Shown here in pieces: positions 12,701 through 20,300 of a DNA stretch of 64,000 nucleotides. The position numbers and the translations under genes are program-made. Positions within the stretch are counted from its first letter, which is position 1. Each line of letters starts with the position of its first letter. The notes under the pieces were generated by a model. The model saw nothing but the letters and a program-made list of their open reading frames with translations. It had not been told where the DNA came from and searched no databases. The DNA is from Barnesiella sp. GTDB lineage: Bacteria > Bacteroidota > Bacteroidia > Bacteroidales > Barnesiellaceae_A. The DNA lies in assembly GCA_045645425.1 (NCBI GenBank), contig JAZRIS010000004.1, positions 103,445 to 167,444 on the forward strand. Direction: 5' to 3'.

Positions 12701-13475
12701 ACATGAAAGCCTCAAACGACACACAGTTGATAGTAACATACTTGGCCTCGCGAGGAATATCAAACTTAAAGAGAGTCCATTCGGTAGGCACTTCTACATA
12801 TTCACCGTCATTGACATAGGTAAAGTTTGACGCCTGTTTGCCGGTTGTAGAGTAACCTACTTTGATGCGCTCCAAGCCATACGAGTCGGTATAACTCTTG
12901 GCACGGAAACTTACTTGGAAATTCTCCTCAAAATTCAATTCGGGAGAGATAAAGAAGTCGTTGTTACCACCATCGACAGTAAAGGCAACCAACATCTTGG
13001 TGCCCGAATAGGGCTGTATCGCAGGCCAGTCGGCTACCGAAGGTGTTGTAGTCGCAGGGTTCATAATGACGTAGGCCATCTTCTGACCCTGAGTAGGGAA
13101 GGATGCTGCGGTCCATGTATAGGTTTCTTCGTTATCCATATCGAGATAACTCCATCCGATATTACCGGGAGAATTGATGAGGAAGTCGGGGTGAGCCTCA
13201 AAGTCATCAAAGTAACCATTGGAAGCCTCGGGGTTATTCCAGCGGAGTGTTACATCCTTATTGTTTATATCCACCAGATGCAAGCCATAGGGAGCCCCAT
13301 CCTCGGCAGCAGCAAGACGCTGTGTTACAGCAGGAGCCAAGCACTCTTGTGTAGTGGCGACAAGAACATTTTCGAGCTTCGTCTTTTTCATCATTTCACT
13401 ATTGTCGGCATAGCTATATAGCAGACAGCCGGCAACAATCACAAAAACAGGAAGCAGATATTTAATGTGTTTCAT
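6795..13475 (-). CDS. giant (2226 aa) multi-domain secreted surface protein with a T9SS type-A C-terminal sorting domain; adhesin-like, with no catalytic motif seen
   Basis: N-terminal signal peptide MKHIKYLLPVFVIVAGCLLYSYA. There are six Fn3-like modules carrying the motif GYN(V/I)YRNGEK...Y(T/E)Y.V.(A/S)VY. There are three jelly-roll modules of the cleaved-adhesin / choice-of-anchor-J type (e.g. FEDGFDNN...W). Large internal duplications are present. The C-terminus ...GVYFVQLGGESHKVVVGR is typical of Por/T9SS CTDs. Confidence 0.85.
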   Translation of the reverse strand: MKHIKYLLPVFVIVAGCLLYSYADNSEMMKKTKLENVLVATTQECLAPAVTQRLAAAEDGAPYGLHLVDINNKDVTLRWNNPEASNGYFDDFEAHPDFLINSPGNIGWSYLDMDNEETYTWTAASFPTQGQKMAYVIMNPATTTPSVADWPAIQPYSGTKMLVAFTVDGGNNDFFISPELNFEENFQVSFRAKSYTDSYGLERIKVGYSTTGKQASNFTYVNDGEYVEVPTEWTLFKFDIPREAKYVTINCVSFEAFMLLIDDVFVGTNRVRPQAPAQVYLEGFNLYRNNQKVNESLITDVAYTDNVPEYGFYDYVVSAVYSDGSEKKQQEVLTVEVPDIRLLPFEDGFDNNRLEADRWSTPDDEQGNPTKWSSSYHPYGLVDYAAQYVYSSLKDYSQSLVSKELRTVDRENTYLRFNLRHVNYNNEVGDSLALEISCDNEQTWQRIDAYDNDNGTFDWTVKQYNIKEYLTNDIFRIRYRAFGADAYYIDYWYVDDVKVWCPEWTSAQLSIVSQGTPLAHCPVTLTSNHGAVIDAVADERGIVELPQIEKGEYTVSIVLRGYNTYSGVWRIEEDAQNEFVATITRPQLNISTPSLQLSLEAETTATSTITFTNQGDGDLNWNIMTDEPAGKGSDRNAWTIQNAFDASGDLQTSIAFDGEFFYTTSTFYLGRFFKYDRDGNFIEEFSIPGMYYMMYDFAFDGTYFYGSDYSNVMFCLDLRNKRLVKEIVVKEDPALKMTHCSYDPRNDQFWVGSFNSIGRIDREGNITVAFRTINNVDDIGVFGSAFDNVTPGGPYLWFSNEVVSGTNEIDQLQIIQYNLNTRAVTPISHTIDDVPGYQIGTLDVPHYICGIEATTNYVDGTLSLMGMLHQSPSRIFIYELAKTNDWLSIEPEAGTLKSGETQDITINIDARNGVVGQTYSLPVKVFTVPELDVENMTLSYTVSAASATPRPTKLKVVAEGNSSALLTWTAGDKHPDGYNIYRNGEKINEELIAEATYTDTKLVQGDYTYTVTAVYGDKESIQSDESHIYIKIGAPYYAPQNLSLNISNNSDVELNWLQPDALLQDSTTIRWDSGINQTSMGMADGGYFWAAIEWDHTELVEYRNMKIESVDVFIQERFLSMSLQIYQDNKRIISQNVATGDIKYGEYNTIKLTKDATIELGSNYRIALLVAHDAGVRPIGMDAMESRGKKGNIISTDGKSWYPLTHIGMEGNFNMAMNLSPSSVAEECPVGYNVYRNGEKCNEALVEQLNYKEQLREEGIYNYQVSSVYADGGESNMTDAVIAEVVSLGTAVPPRHVVAQAELNSVIHVRWDFPLENECSFPIDLSQAQATAEEGYPEYVNMFKGNLAGEIGVASDGEYIYTSLHNTNGTICKYTLDGEYIESILINRNMSGIRNLVYDGENFFAVDANSSIYQIDIENRCIADTFSISEIARHVAYIPELDEGRGGFEVGDWETSIYVSKRGAKLSDGPTLKGAAGSAYHNGVLYTFEQGYEHPYTICCYDFATGMLTRTINIADYVEITPETGAKAGGMSIVKTQEGLTLLAVALQENSNCRFIFFDMGSINGLAGYNVYRNGEKRNSEPVPFRYFTENESQEGTYEYEIETVYIDGSVSQRSHKAYVDIYDAENCDTPIDVKVVQSSYGYNVNISFVDPTAVDAAMYQSFEDGVAGSAYTHTHWVNYNDMWQVTNEVSYHGTKALQADKGDNAWMIIPVNKPQQDMILSFVARNYDDHLGNGTLRILTSVEGNNIEDFIPLQAITTTEVWKQYQFTIPAGTDYVAIRHEAAVPMQYIDAISLDTHVIGEAYGYDIMRDGVQLNDRPITDVSYTDRNLVPGTYSYQVRAHYLSSCVSDYTAPISIEVDYSNGCQKPGVLFVEPFDNSYSLAWSAPALGDVVNLRWHNGNAHDAAGMPSGGAFFAGVQWNSDELRPYEKLSLSEVEFYINQIPDALFLLVYEGDNLIAQQYVPNLKQYSFNTVELDHPLLININKTLRVVVYIEHNEISVPLGYDEGPAKVGKGDLYSSNGINWSTLSANDIDGNWNITIGLRAYADKGIAKATQREPLAPFAAMKNPVDEAIKGVRLAQSSTSERNAFEGYNVYCNSELLNDTPLQETFFIDDVKHPANYYEYQVKAIYSGCGEVGSNLVRVKALSSISSTLADGVNIYILDGRIYIRGIEVGEQVTLVDAAGRVIHRGRMINEQEYVINATLLPHGVYFVQLGGESHKVVVGR

Positions 13476-13493
13476 ATCGAGTTGTGTATTGTG

Positions 13494-16400
13494 TTATTTC
13501 ACTATAAGTTTTACTATTTGACTCTCATTGTCACGACTCATATTTACAATGAGAACACCTTTGTAACCATTTACATCGATGCTGTGAGTTACCCCACCAT
13601 CGAGTTGATTGTTGTAAACGACCATACCATCGGGAGTTGTACATTGTACTTGTGTAGCAGCCACAAGACCCGAGAGTATGATTTTGCCATTCTCGACATT
13701 GAGGCGTATATTGTCCTTCAAGCTATTCTCTACACTATTACTATAACTGTAGAAAGCAGGCTCTGAAGCATCAAAATAGAGAATACCATCACCGGCATAC
13801 ACTTGCACGGCGTAGGTCTTGCCGGTGGTAAACTCACCTTCGGATGTTTGATTGATAAGAATACTATTGTCATAAACAGCACCCGATGTGAGCAAGTTCC
13901 ACACATATCCATCATTGTAGGCTACCGTAAAATAGCGCACTTGCAAGTTGCGACCTCCATGACGACAGGTAAGACGCAGTTTTTGGTACACACGGCCGGT
14001 GAGATAGTCGCTCAACAAGACCTCGACACCTTCAGGGTCGTAATAATTGACATTGATGGCAGGGCCTATTTGCTCCCATATTTCACCATCTTCGGTTGCC
14101 TCTACTACCAACGTGCTTGAACCGGTAGGGCCCGAAGAGGTGAGAATAAATATAAGATCGGTAAATCCATCGGGGAATGCACGAGTTTCCAGCATACCAT
14201 CGCCTGTAAAATAGGCAGTACCGGTTGCCAAGCTCACCTTGCCCTCAACAACTTCCCAATCGGAAGGCGGGAAGAACATGGCTGTATTAAAGACAGTATC
14301 GGTAACTTCATAAAATTCGAGGTGATAGCGGGCGGCATTTTCCACAGGAGTCCACTCTACTTCGAGAGCGGTGTTGTCTTCTACCAATCCGAAACGTGTA
14401 AACTGCGGAGTTCCCAACTTGCTTGCCAAGTATATTTGCCACAACCACAGACTGCTTTGCAACTTCTCGGATGTACATACAAGAGCAATATATACCTCTT
14501 GTCCTGCATAGCTCGACAAATCTACCTCTTCAGGAACTTGGTATCCATGATTGTCGGCAAAGGAGAATTGCTTAACCAAGTGGAAATCTTCCAATTCGCG
14601 AGAGTGTGTAGAAACATACACATCAAGTTTTTCTACGGCAGCTTGCTCTACAATTCCTCTCACAAAATAGAGGTGACCATTCTCGGGCACAAGCATACGA
14701 GTAGATACTACCCAATCATCGGCATTGTTCCAATAGTCAAATTGATACAACAAGCCTTGTGTAGCATCGTCAAACACCCATGTAGTACCATCGCCGTTAT
14801 TATCTATAATTTTCCAACAATCGGGCTCTCCATCGGTCCACGACATAAAGTCGGCTATATAGGGAGCTTCGGCTACGGCACACTCGGTTCTCACCGGTAT
14901 GGCGGCACCATATACAACACTATTATCTTCAAGACGCATAAACGCACGCACATAGTAGAGCGCACCGGGGTTGAGGCCGGTAATAGTATAGCTTATGGCA
15001 CTATTGACAGGGATAACCGCTTGAGGCGATGTAGCCACATTGGGGTCTTGATGAGTATCCCAGCAGAAACCCATCTCGACAATAGGTGCATTGCTTTTTT
15101 CTATTGTGGCACAAGCCTCCAACGATGTATCGCGAATGTTGCGAGGCTTCTCGGTGCGAATAACGGGGAGGTCGGCGATACCACCTTTTACTTGGAAATA
15201 GATTATTCCATTCTCTTCACGAATATTGGTGATGGGAGTGCGAGTAGGCTCGCCCGCCCAGTTGATTGCATTGGGAGTAGAGTTATCGGTAAATTGTGTA
15301 TTGCCCGAACGACCGGGATAGGTATCGCCGTTGCGGGTATTACCATCATCTATACCATCGGCAGGCTTGATATACATGCAACGATGTTGGCTGTTGTTGT
15401 TGGGGCCGTTAAACGACCAATATTTTTCTACCATCTCATCGGTATAGTCATAGTGATATATGAGCAAGCCGTGAGCCGGTATATAGGCATCCCATCCCTC
15501 TTTTTGACGATTTTCAAGAACAAACCACTCATGACCTGTACCTTCGGCACGATGAGGTTGTGCATTGATATAGCAGGCCTCGTTCTCTGCCAACGATTTG
15601 AGGCTTATATCGGCGGCTTCGTTCAACTCTGTGGGCTCACACCAACCCATCTGTGAGCGTTCAAAAGCCATAAGATAGGGAGGCGTGCGACTCTCGTTGT
15701 TGTAGCTACCCGATGCAAACATAGAGTAGTCGCCGGGGTCAAGGCCGTAACCATCGAGATATTCGTCGGTATCGTACATATCTTTCAGTCCGAGAACGTG
15801 ACCAAATTCGTGTGCAAATGTACCTATACCATCCATTTTCTTGCCACTTGCTCCCACAAACTCGGCAGAGCAACCATAGGCATCTATAACAATACCGTCT
15901 ATTGTCAATGAGAACTCATCGAGAGTCCAACTATGAGGCCACATATCATCGCCATTGCCTGTACTTGCCTCGCTATATCCGGCATAGACAATATTGACAT
16001 TATCCATGTAACCATCGTTATCATTGTCAAAGATAGAGAAGTCCAAATCGGGATTTTGTTGTTTGGCAATATTACAAGCATCGACAATCATCGCACGAGG
16101 ATTGACATCCTCGCCGGTTTCCTCCGAATTGCCGGCATAATATACTTGCGGATAGTTGAGTGTATAGGGGCCCAATACGGTAAATTGAGGTACAAATTGA
16201 CCCATCGAGTTATCTCTATAATAGTCTTTGACACTACCTGTTCCACCATTTACGCTATAACCGGTTTCGTTGAGCCACGCATCAAAGTCATGATTGGTAA
16301 ATGTAAAGGGCACATCACTAAATCCTACCAATATAACAAGATATTGGCTCTCGGCAACGCCCTCTTTTGCAGCATATTGCTTGGTATTATTATGTTTGTG

Positions 16401-16793
16401 TGCCATGGGCGATGTCACTCGGGGCGACTTGCGAGTAATGGCACGTTCACGCACCATCTCGGCATGATATTTCTTGGCAGGAGCAAGAGCCGACAACAAC
16501 TTCACCTCTTGTGTATTGCGTTCCGTAACATTAGAAGCTACTTGCGGTGTGAGGCGACGACTCTCAAAGTCGTAGTACTTGAAGTAGCCATCGACATCTC
16601 TTCTTACAAGATAACCATCGAGAGTTGTGGTATAATGAAAATTCTCATCACCATGCATCCTTATGGTCAGTTGAGAACCATCGGGATGTGTAATTGTAAT
16701 CGGATTGGGGTTGGCCATGATAGCATATGCGACCGGCATAACACTTAATGATAGTATGACCCCAACAATAAATTTACGGAAGATAGTTTTCAT
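13494..16793 (-). CDS. M6-family (immune inhibitor A-like) zinc metalloprotease with Fn3 and choice-of-anchor-J-like domains and a T9SS C-terminal sorting domain
   Basis: Signal peptide MKTIFRKFIVGVILSLSVMPVAYA. HEFGH zinc motif in FAHEFGHVLGLKDMYD, with HEFGH encoded at 15798-15812 and verified by hand. MWPHSWTL and the N-terminal ITHPDGSQLTIRMHGDENFHY propeptide pattern are typical of M6 peptidases. The downstream GFCWDTHQDPN Fn3-like and CWKIIDNNGDGTTWVFD modules follow. CTD ...GVLIVNMSRDNESQIVKLIVK. Confidence 0.85.
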   Translation of the reverse strand: MKTIFRKFIVGVILSLSVMPVAYAIMANPNPITITHPDGSQLTIRMHGDENFHYTTTLDGYLVRRDVDGYFKYYDFESRRLTPQVASNVTERNTQEVKLLSALAPAKKYHAEMVRERAITRKSPRVTSPMAHKHNNTKQYAAKEGVAESQYLVILVGFSDVPFTFTNHDFDAWLNETGYSVNGGTGSVKDYYRDNSMGQFVPQFTVLGPYTLNYPQVYYAGNSEETGEDVNPRAMIVDACNIAKQQNPDLDFSIFDNDNDGYMDNVNIVYAGYSEASTGNGDDMWPHSWTLDEFSLTIDGIVIDAYGCSAEFVGASGKKMDGIGTFAHEFGHVLGLKDMYDTDEYLDGYGLDPGDYSMFASGSYNNESRTPPYLMAFERSQMGWCEPTELNEAADISLKSLAENEACYINAQPHRAEGTGHEWFVLENRQKEGWDAYIPAHGLLIYHYDYTDEMVEKYWSFNGPNNNSQHRCMYIKPADGIDDGNTRNGDTYPGRSGNTQFTDNSTPNAINWAGEPTRTPITNIREENGIIYFQVKGGIADLPVIRTEKPRNIRDTSLEACATIEKSNAPIVEMGFCWDTHQDPNVATSPQAVIPVNSAISYTITGLNPGALYYVRAFMRLEDNSVVYGAAIPVRTECAVAEAPYIADFMSWTDGEPDCWKIIDNNGDGTTWVFDDATQGLLYQFDYWNNADDWVVSTRMLVPENGHLYFVRGIVEQAAVEKLDVYVSTHSRELEDFHLVKQFSFADNHGYQVPEEVDLSSYAGQEVYIALVCTSEKLQSSLWLWQIYLASKLGTPQFTRFGLVEDNTALEVEWTPVENAARYHLEFYEVTDTVFNTAMFFPPSDWEVVEGKVSLATGTAYFTGDGMLETRAFPDGFTDLIFILTSSGPTGSSTLVVEATEDGEIWEQIGPAINVNYYDPEGVEVLLSDYLTGRVYQKLRLTCRHGGRNLQVRYFTVAYNDGYVWNLLTSGAVYDNSILINQTSEGEFTTGKTYAVQVYAGDGILYFDASEPAFYSYSNSVENSLKDNIRLNVENGKIILSGLVAATQVQCTTPDGMVVYNNQLDGGVTHSIDVNGYKGVLIVNMSRDNESQIVKLIVK

Positions 16794-16846
16794 GGATATG
16801 GATTAAGGAGAATATTTTTTTAGAAAAACATACGAACATAGATAAA

Positions 16847-16880
16847 GAGTGCGATACGAGATATTACTCGTATCGCACTC
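16847..16880 (-). terminator. 14-bp perfect hairpin between the 1063-aa gene and the M6 protease gene (terminator/attenuator candidate)
   Basis: GAGTGCGATACGAG (16847-16860) pairs with CTCGTATCGCACTC (16867-16880) around a 6-nt loop. It lies 12 nt downstream of the stop at 16892 on the minus strand. Confidence 0.5.
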
Positions 16881-16891
16881 ACAAACAACAA

Positions 16892-19800
16892 TTATCTGAT
16901 AGCGACTTTTGTTACATTATCGCCCACTTTTACAATGTACAAGCCTTGTTCGAGGGCAAATGTTACTTGGTCATATACAGCTTGTGCAGCAACAATCTTA
17001 CCGGCAACATCGCATATAACAACATCGGTGCGAGTATTGTTGGCTGTTACTACAATATTATTACCCATCACTTTCACTTGACTCTCTTGCTCGATATTGT
17101 CGAGTCCTGTATAGGTGCCACTTACTACAACAACAAATTCGTTGTAGGTTGCATCGAGTTTCAAGTAATAATAACCCGATGTGAGCACATTGTACACGAG
17201 AGAATATCCATTGCTATCGTAATCGTATGACGACATAGCCAAGTAGCTATCGGTATCGCAACCGTCATACATAGTCATACTGAAATAATTGCTCGATGAT
17301 ACCGACTTAATAGAGAACTCTCCGGGTTCGAGTTGGATACCATACCACACAGGATTGTTGCGACTTGCCACAATGGGAAGTGTAAGTTCTCCGGGAACAA
17401 TTTCGATAGGCAATGAGCAAGACTCTCCGGGTTGAAGTTCGGCAAGTTCTATTGTCAATTTCTTACCGGCTTGAGCTGTGAGTGTCAATACATTGATATA
17501 CAATACATCGCCGGCATTAACAACAAAGCTGCCTTTGAATACACTGCCTTCCGATGAGGTCTGTATGATTTCTGTACCATATTCATTACAGTCTGTCAAA
17601 ACTTTTACGCTCGAATAACGTGTCGAGTAGGTACTCTCGTCGTAGATAGACTCATAAGCAATATCGGAGCTGATGATAACCTTACCATCTTGCTCTACTT
17701 GATACATATACCAATACTTTCCGGCATACTCGGGCAAGTTTGTATCGCCTGCGGTTACCTCAATAGCATTCTCGCATGACTCACCTTCTTGATATTCTTC
17801 TTCGCTGAGGAAGAATGTGGTTTCGTATTCGATATTATTGAATTTGATGATGCAGGTTTCGCCTTCCATAAGCTCGCACTTGTTGATATTGGCAATTTTG
17901 GTAGCAGGATAAGTACCCGACCAATATTCACAACCGCGCAAGAATGTAACATCAATAGTTACATCGGTGTCGATAACCAACCATCCGGTTTGTGTAGCTG
18001 TATAGGTGTAGTACAACTCCGATGCTTCAGCCAATTCATTCTCGCCTTCAACAGCCTCAATAGCACTGTCACAAGTGGCACCGGCAGTTATCTCTTCGTA
18101 CGAAACAGTGAAGGGGAATGAGTTATATCCCTCGAAGCACGACCATTGTATAATGTAATTCATGCCACCCTCTACTTGAGCCTTGACATAGTTGCTTCCA
18201 CTTGCAAGAGCAGTATATGTGTTATACTCTTCGTATATTTTTACACCTGTTTCATAATTGGTAATATTGGCACCTTGTGCATCTACAATCAAGAAGCGAC
18301 TATCACCCTCGGGCACGGTCACTTTATAGTAATATGTACCATTATATACGGGGGTAACAACCTCAACATCGCTCTCTATCACAATAGGATCGTAGGTTGT
18401 ATCACCCGCTTTCTCGGGCTCACATGCTATTTCAAACTGCTCTTCTTGTGCAGTAGCTTCGGTTTTTTCGATATTGATAAGATATGTTTGATTGGCATAT
18501 ACAGAGGTACGCAATGCAAAATATCCGTCTATCGAGCTATTGGCACTGTATGAGGAACAGCTCGACCATACATAAATACTGCCACCGGCAAGACTGCATT
18601 CTGATGTTATTATCATAAATCCATCCATCGAAGGAGTGTATTTATACCAATACGAACCGGCCTCCTTGGGCAACATATTTACATCGGCTCCGTCAAAGGG
18701 CATATCGCACGAAAGTCCCTTAACAGGGTGTGTAAGCTTGGCCGAAACAAACATCGGGCCATAGGCTTGTACAAGGAATATATAGGTATTACCGGCCTTA
18801 ACCTCATGTTTACCCACATAAGAGCCATTGGCATATTCAACCGATACGACAGTGGTTGATGTTGCGTCACAACCTACTTGTGCGGTGCACGAAGAAACAC
18901 TGTTTGTAAAATATATTTCCAACAAGCCATCCTCGACACATGTATATGAGAGGTAGGTACCGGCAGTAGAGTAACCGTCACTGTGAACAGGAACAAAAGC
19001 CTCTTCTTCGCCTATCTCCACAGCATCATCACAGGTAGCACCGGCATTGGTGTCGGCATCGGTCAAGGTAATGTCAAACGATATATTTGTAATGTTATAG
19101 CCACCCACTTCCAATATTATTGTTTGTGCAGGCTTTACAGGATATGACATTGAAGAGTAATCACTTGCCATGATACCCGATATATAGGCACCATTGGCAT
19201 CCGTCATACTGCTACGTACATTCTCGTTTGAAGATGCAAATTTGAGCATCTTGCCTTGCTCTGCAGGTGCTGTATAGGTATAATACACAATATTTTGGCC
19301 ACTTGAGGCATTTTCAAAAGTATATTTATTGCGACCTTCTTGCAATTCGAGTGCTGTTTGGGGTGTTGCACCGGGCGAAGGATGAGTAACTACTGCCGAC
19401 ATAAGAATGGGAGAAGAACTCAACTCCATACTGAAGATATATGACTCACCGGCGGCAACCGACATTTGAGCAACATACAATCCGTCTTTATAAGTAGCTT
19501 GGATAATTGCAGGAGCGTTGTCATCGCAGTTGCGCATCACCTTTACCTCGTAAAGCTGGCCGACAATTCGCAACTCCAACACACCTTCTTCCTCACTTGT
19601 ATAAGTGGCAAAAGTGGGGTTGTAGCTATATGTTACCATATCATAATAAGTGGGGATAAAAGTATTCTCCTCACTCAACACTATGGCATCGGCACAAGTT
19701 GCACCGCCATCCACGTTTGCATCGTCGATAGATATTCCAAATGTGGCAGATGTACCGCTCCATGTAGAAATCTTGACATAGACAGTTTCACCGGGATTTA

Positions 19801-20083
19801 CCGGATAGGCCATTCCGTTATCCAAATATACACCATTGATGCGAGTAGAGCCATCGGTAGTTACCTCACACGACACAGAATAATCAACGCGCGTATAGGT
19901 TATCAACTTTCCCTGATTTTCGGGTGCTGTATAAGTATAATATACAACTACACCATTGGCACTTTCGTCGGTGTAAGTAAGATTGTCACCCTCTTCAAGA
20001 GGCAGGGCTGTTTCGATACTTGATTGGGAGTATCCACTCAAGAAGGCACATAATAGTGCAGTCAATAGCAAAACTCTTTTCAT
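16892..20083 (-). CDS. 1063-aa secreted protein built from tandem ~100-120 aa beta-sandwich-like modules, with a T9SS C-terminal sorting domain
   Basis: Signal peptide MKRVLLLTALLCAFLSGYSQ. Seven modules begin with G-x-(S/T)-C-x-x-(A/P)-(I/V)-like starts: GATCADAIVL, GATCDDAVEI, GLSCDMPFDG, AGDTTYDPIVI, GATCDSAIEA, GESCENAIEV, GESCSLPIEI. There are also two copies of a second module type. CTD ...EQGLYIVKVGDNVTKVAIR. Confidence 0.8.
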   Translation of the reverse strand: MKRVLLLTALLCAFLSGYSQSSIETALPLEEGDNLTYTDESANGVVVYYTYTAPENQGKLITYTRVDYSVSCEVTTDGSTRINGVYLDNGMAYPVNPGETVYVKISTWSGTSATFGISIDDANVDGGATCADAIVLSEENTFIPTYYDMVTYSYNPTFATYTSEEEGVLELRIVGQLYEVKVMRNCDDNAPAIIQATYKDGLYVAQMSVAAGESYIFSMELSSSPILMSAVVTHPSPGATPQTALELQEGRNKYTFENASSGQNIVYYTYTAPAEQGKMLKFASSNENVRSSMTDANGAYISGIMASDYSSMSYPVKPAQTIILEVGGYNITNISFDITLTDADTNAGATCDDAVEIGEEEAFVPVHSDGYSTAGTYLSYTCVEDGLLEIYFTNSVSSCTAQVGCDATSTTVVSVEYANGSYVGKHEVKAGNTYIFLVQAYGPMFVSAKLTHPVKGLSCDMPFDGADVNMLPKEAGSYWYKYTPSMDGFMIITSECSLAGGSIYVWSSCSSYSANSSIDGYFALRTSVYANQTYLINIEKTEATAQEEQFEIACEPEKAGDTTYDPIVIESDVEVVTPVYNGTYYYKVTVPEGDSRFLIVDAQGANITNYETGVKIYEEYNTYTALASGSNYVKAQVEGGMNYIIQWSCFEGYNSFPFTVSYEEITAGATCDSAIEAVEGENELAEASELYYTYTATQTGWLVIDTDVTIDVTFLRGCEYWSGTYPATKIANINKCELMEGETCIIKFNNIEYETTFFLSEEEYQEGESCENAIEVTAGDTNLPEYAGKYWYMYQVEQDGKVIISSDIAYESIYDESTYSTRYSSVKVLTDCNEYGTEIIQTSSEGSVFKGSFVVNAGDVLYINVLTLTAQAGKKLTIELAELQPGESCSLPIEIVPGELTLPIVASRNNPVWYGIQLEPGEFSIKSVSSSNYFSMTMYDGCDTDSYLAMSSYDYDSNGYSLVYNVLTSGYYYLKLDATYNEFVVVVSGTYTGLDNIEQESQVKVMGNNIVVTANNTRTDVVICDVAGKIVAAQAVYDQVTFALEQGLYIVKVGDNVTKVAIR

Positions 20084-20236
20084 AATGATACTGATTTATT
20101 ATTGGTTATTATTGTATTCTTCTACACAGGTTGCATCATTCGAGGTTTTAGCCTCTATTCACTTTGCAAGTTTACATATTATATATTTAAAAAGCAACAT
20201 GACATAGGGGATAAAAGGGGGATATGGATATAAAAT

Positions 20237-20267
20237 AATATGCGTTATAAGGCTTATAACGCATATT
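20237..20267 (-). terminator. hairpin downstream of the regulator gene
   Basis: AATATGCGTTATAAG and CTTATAACGCATATT form a near-perfect palindrome 34 nt past the stop at 20301. On the minus strand it is followed by T-rich sequence (TATTTTATATCC). Confidence 0.45.
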
Positions 20268-20300
20268 GTATAAAAAACACATCCCTTTTTGAGGAAAATT

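Noticed and set aside
7233-20023. Many 100-444 aa + strand ORFs inside the three giant minus-strand genes (e.g. 14322..15656, 15933..16748, 8562..9197)
   Set aside because: All are antisense to genes with clear signal peptides, domains and CTDs. Their sequences are Ile/His/Cys-rich, which is typical of reverse-frame artefacts.
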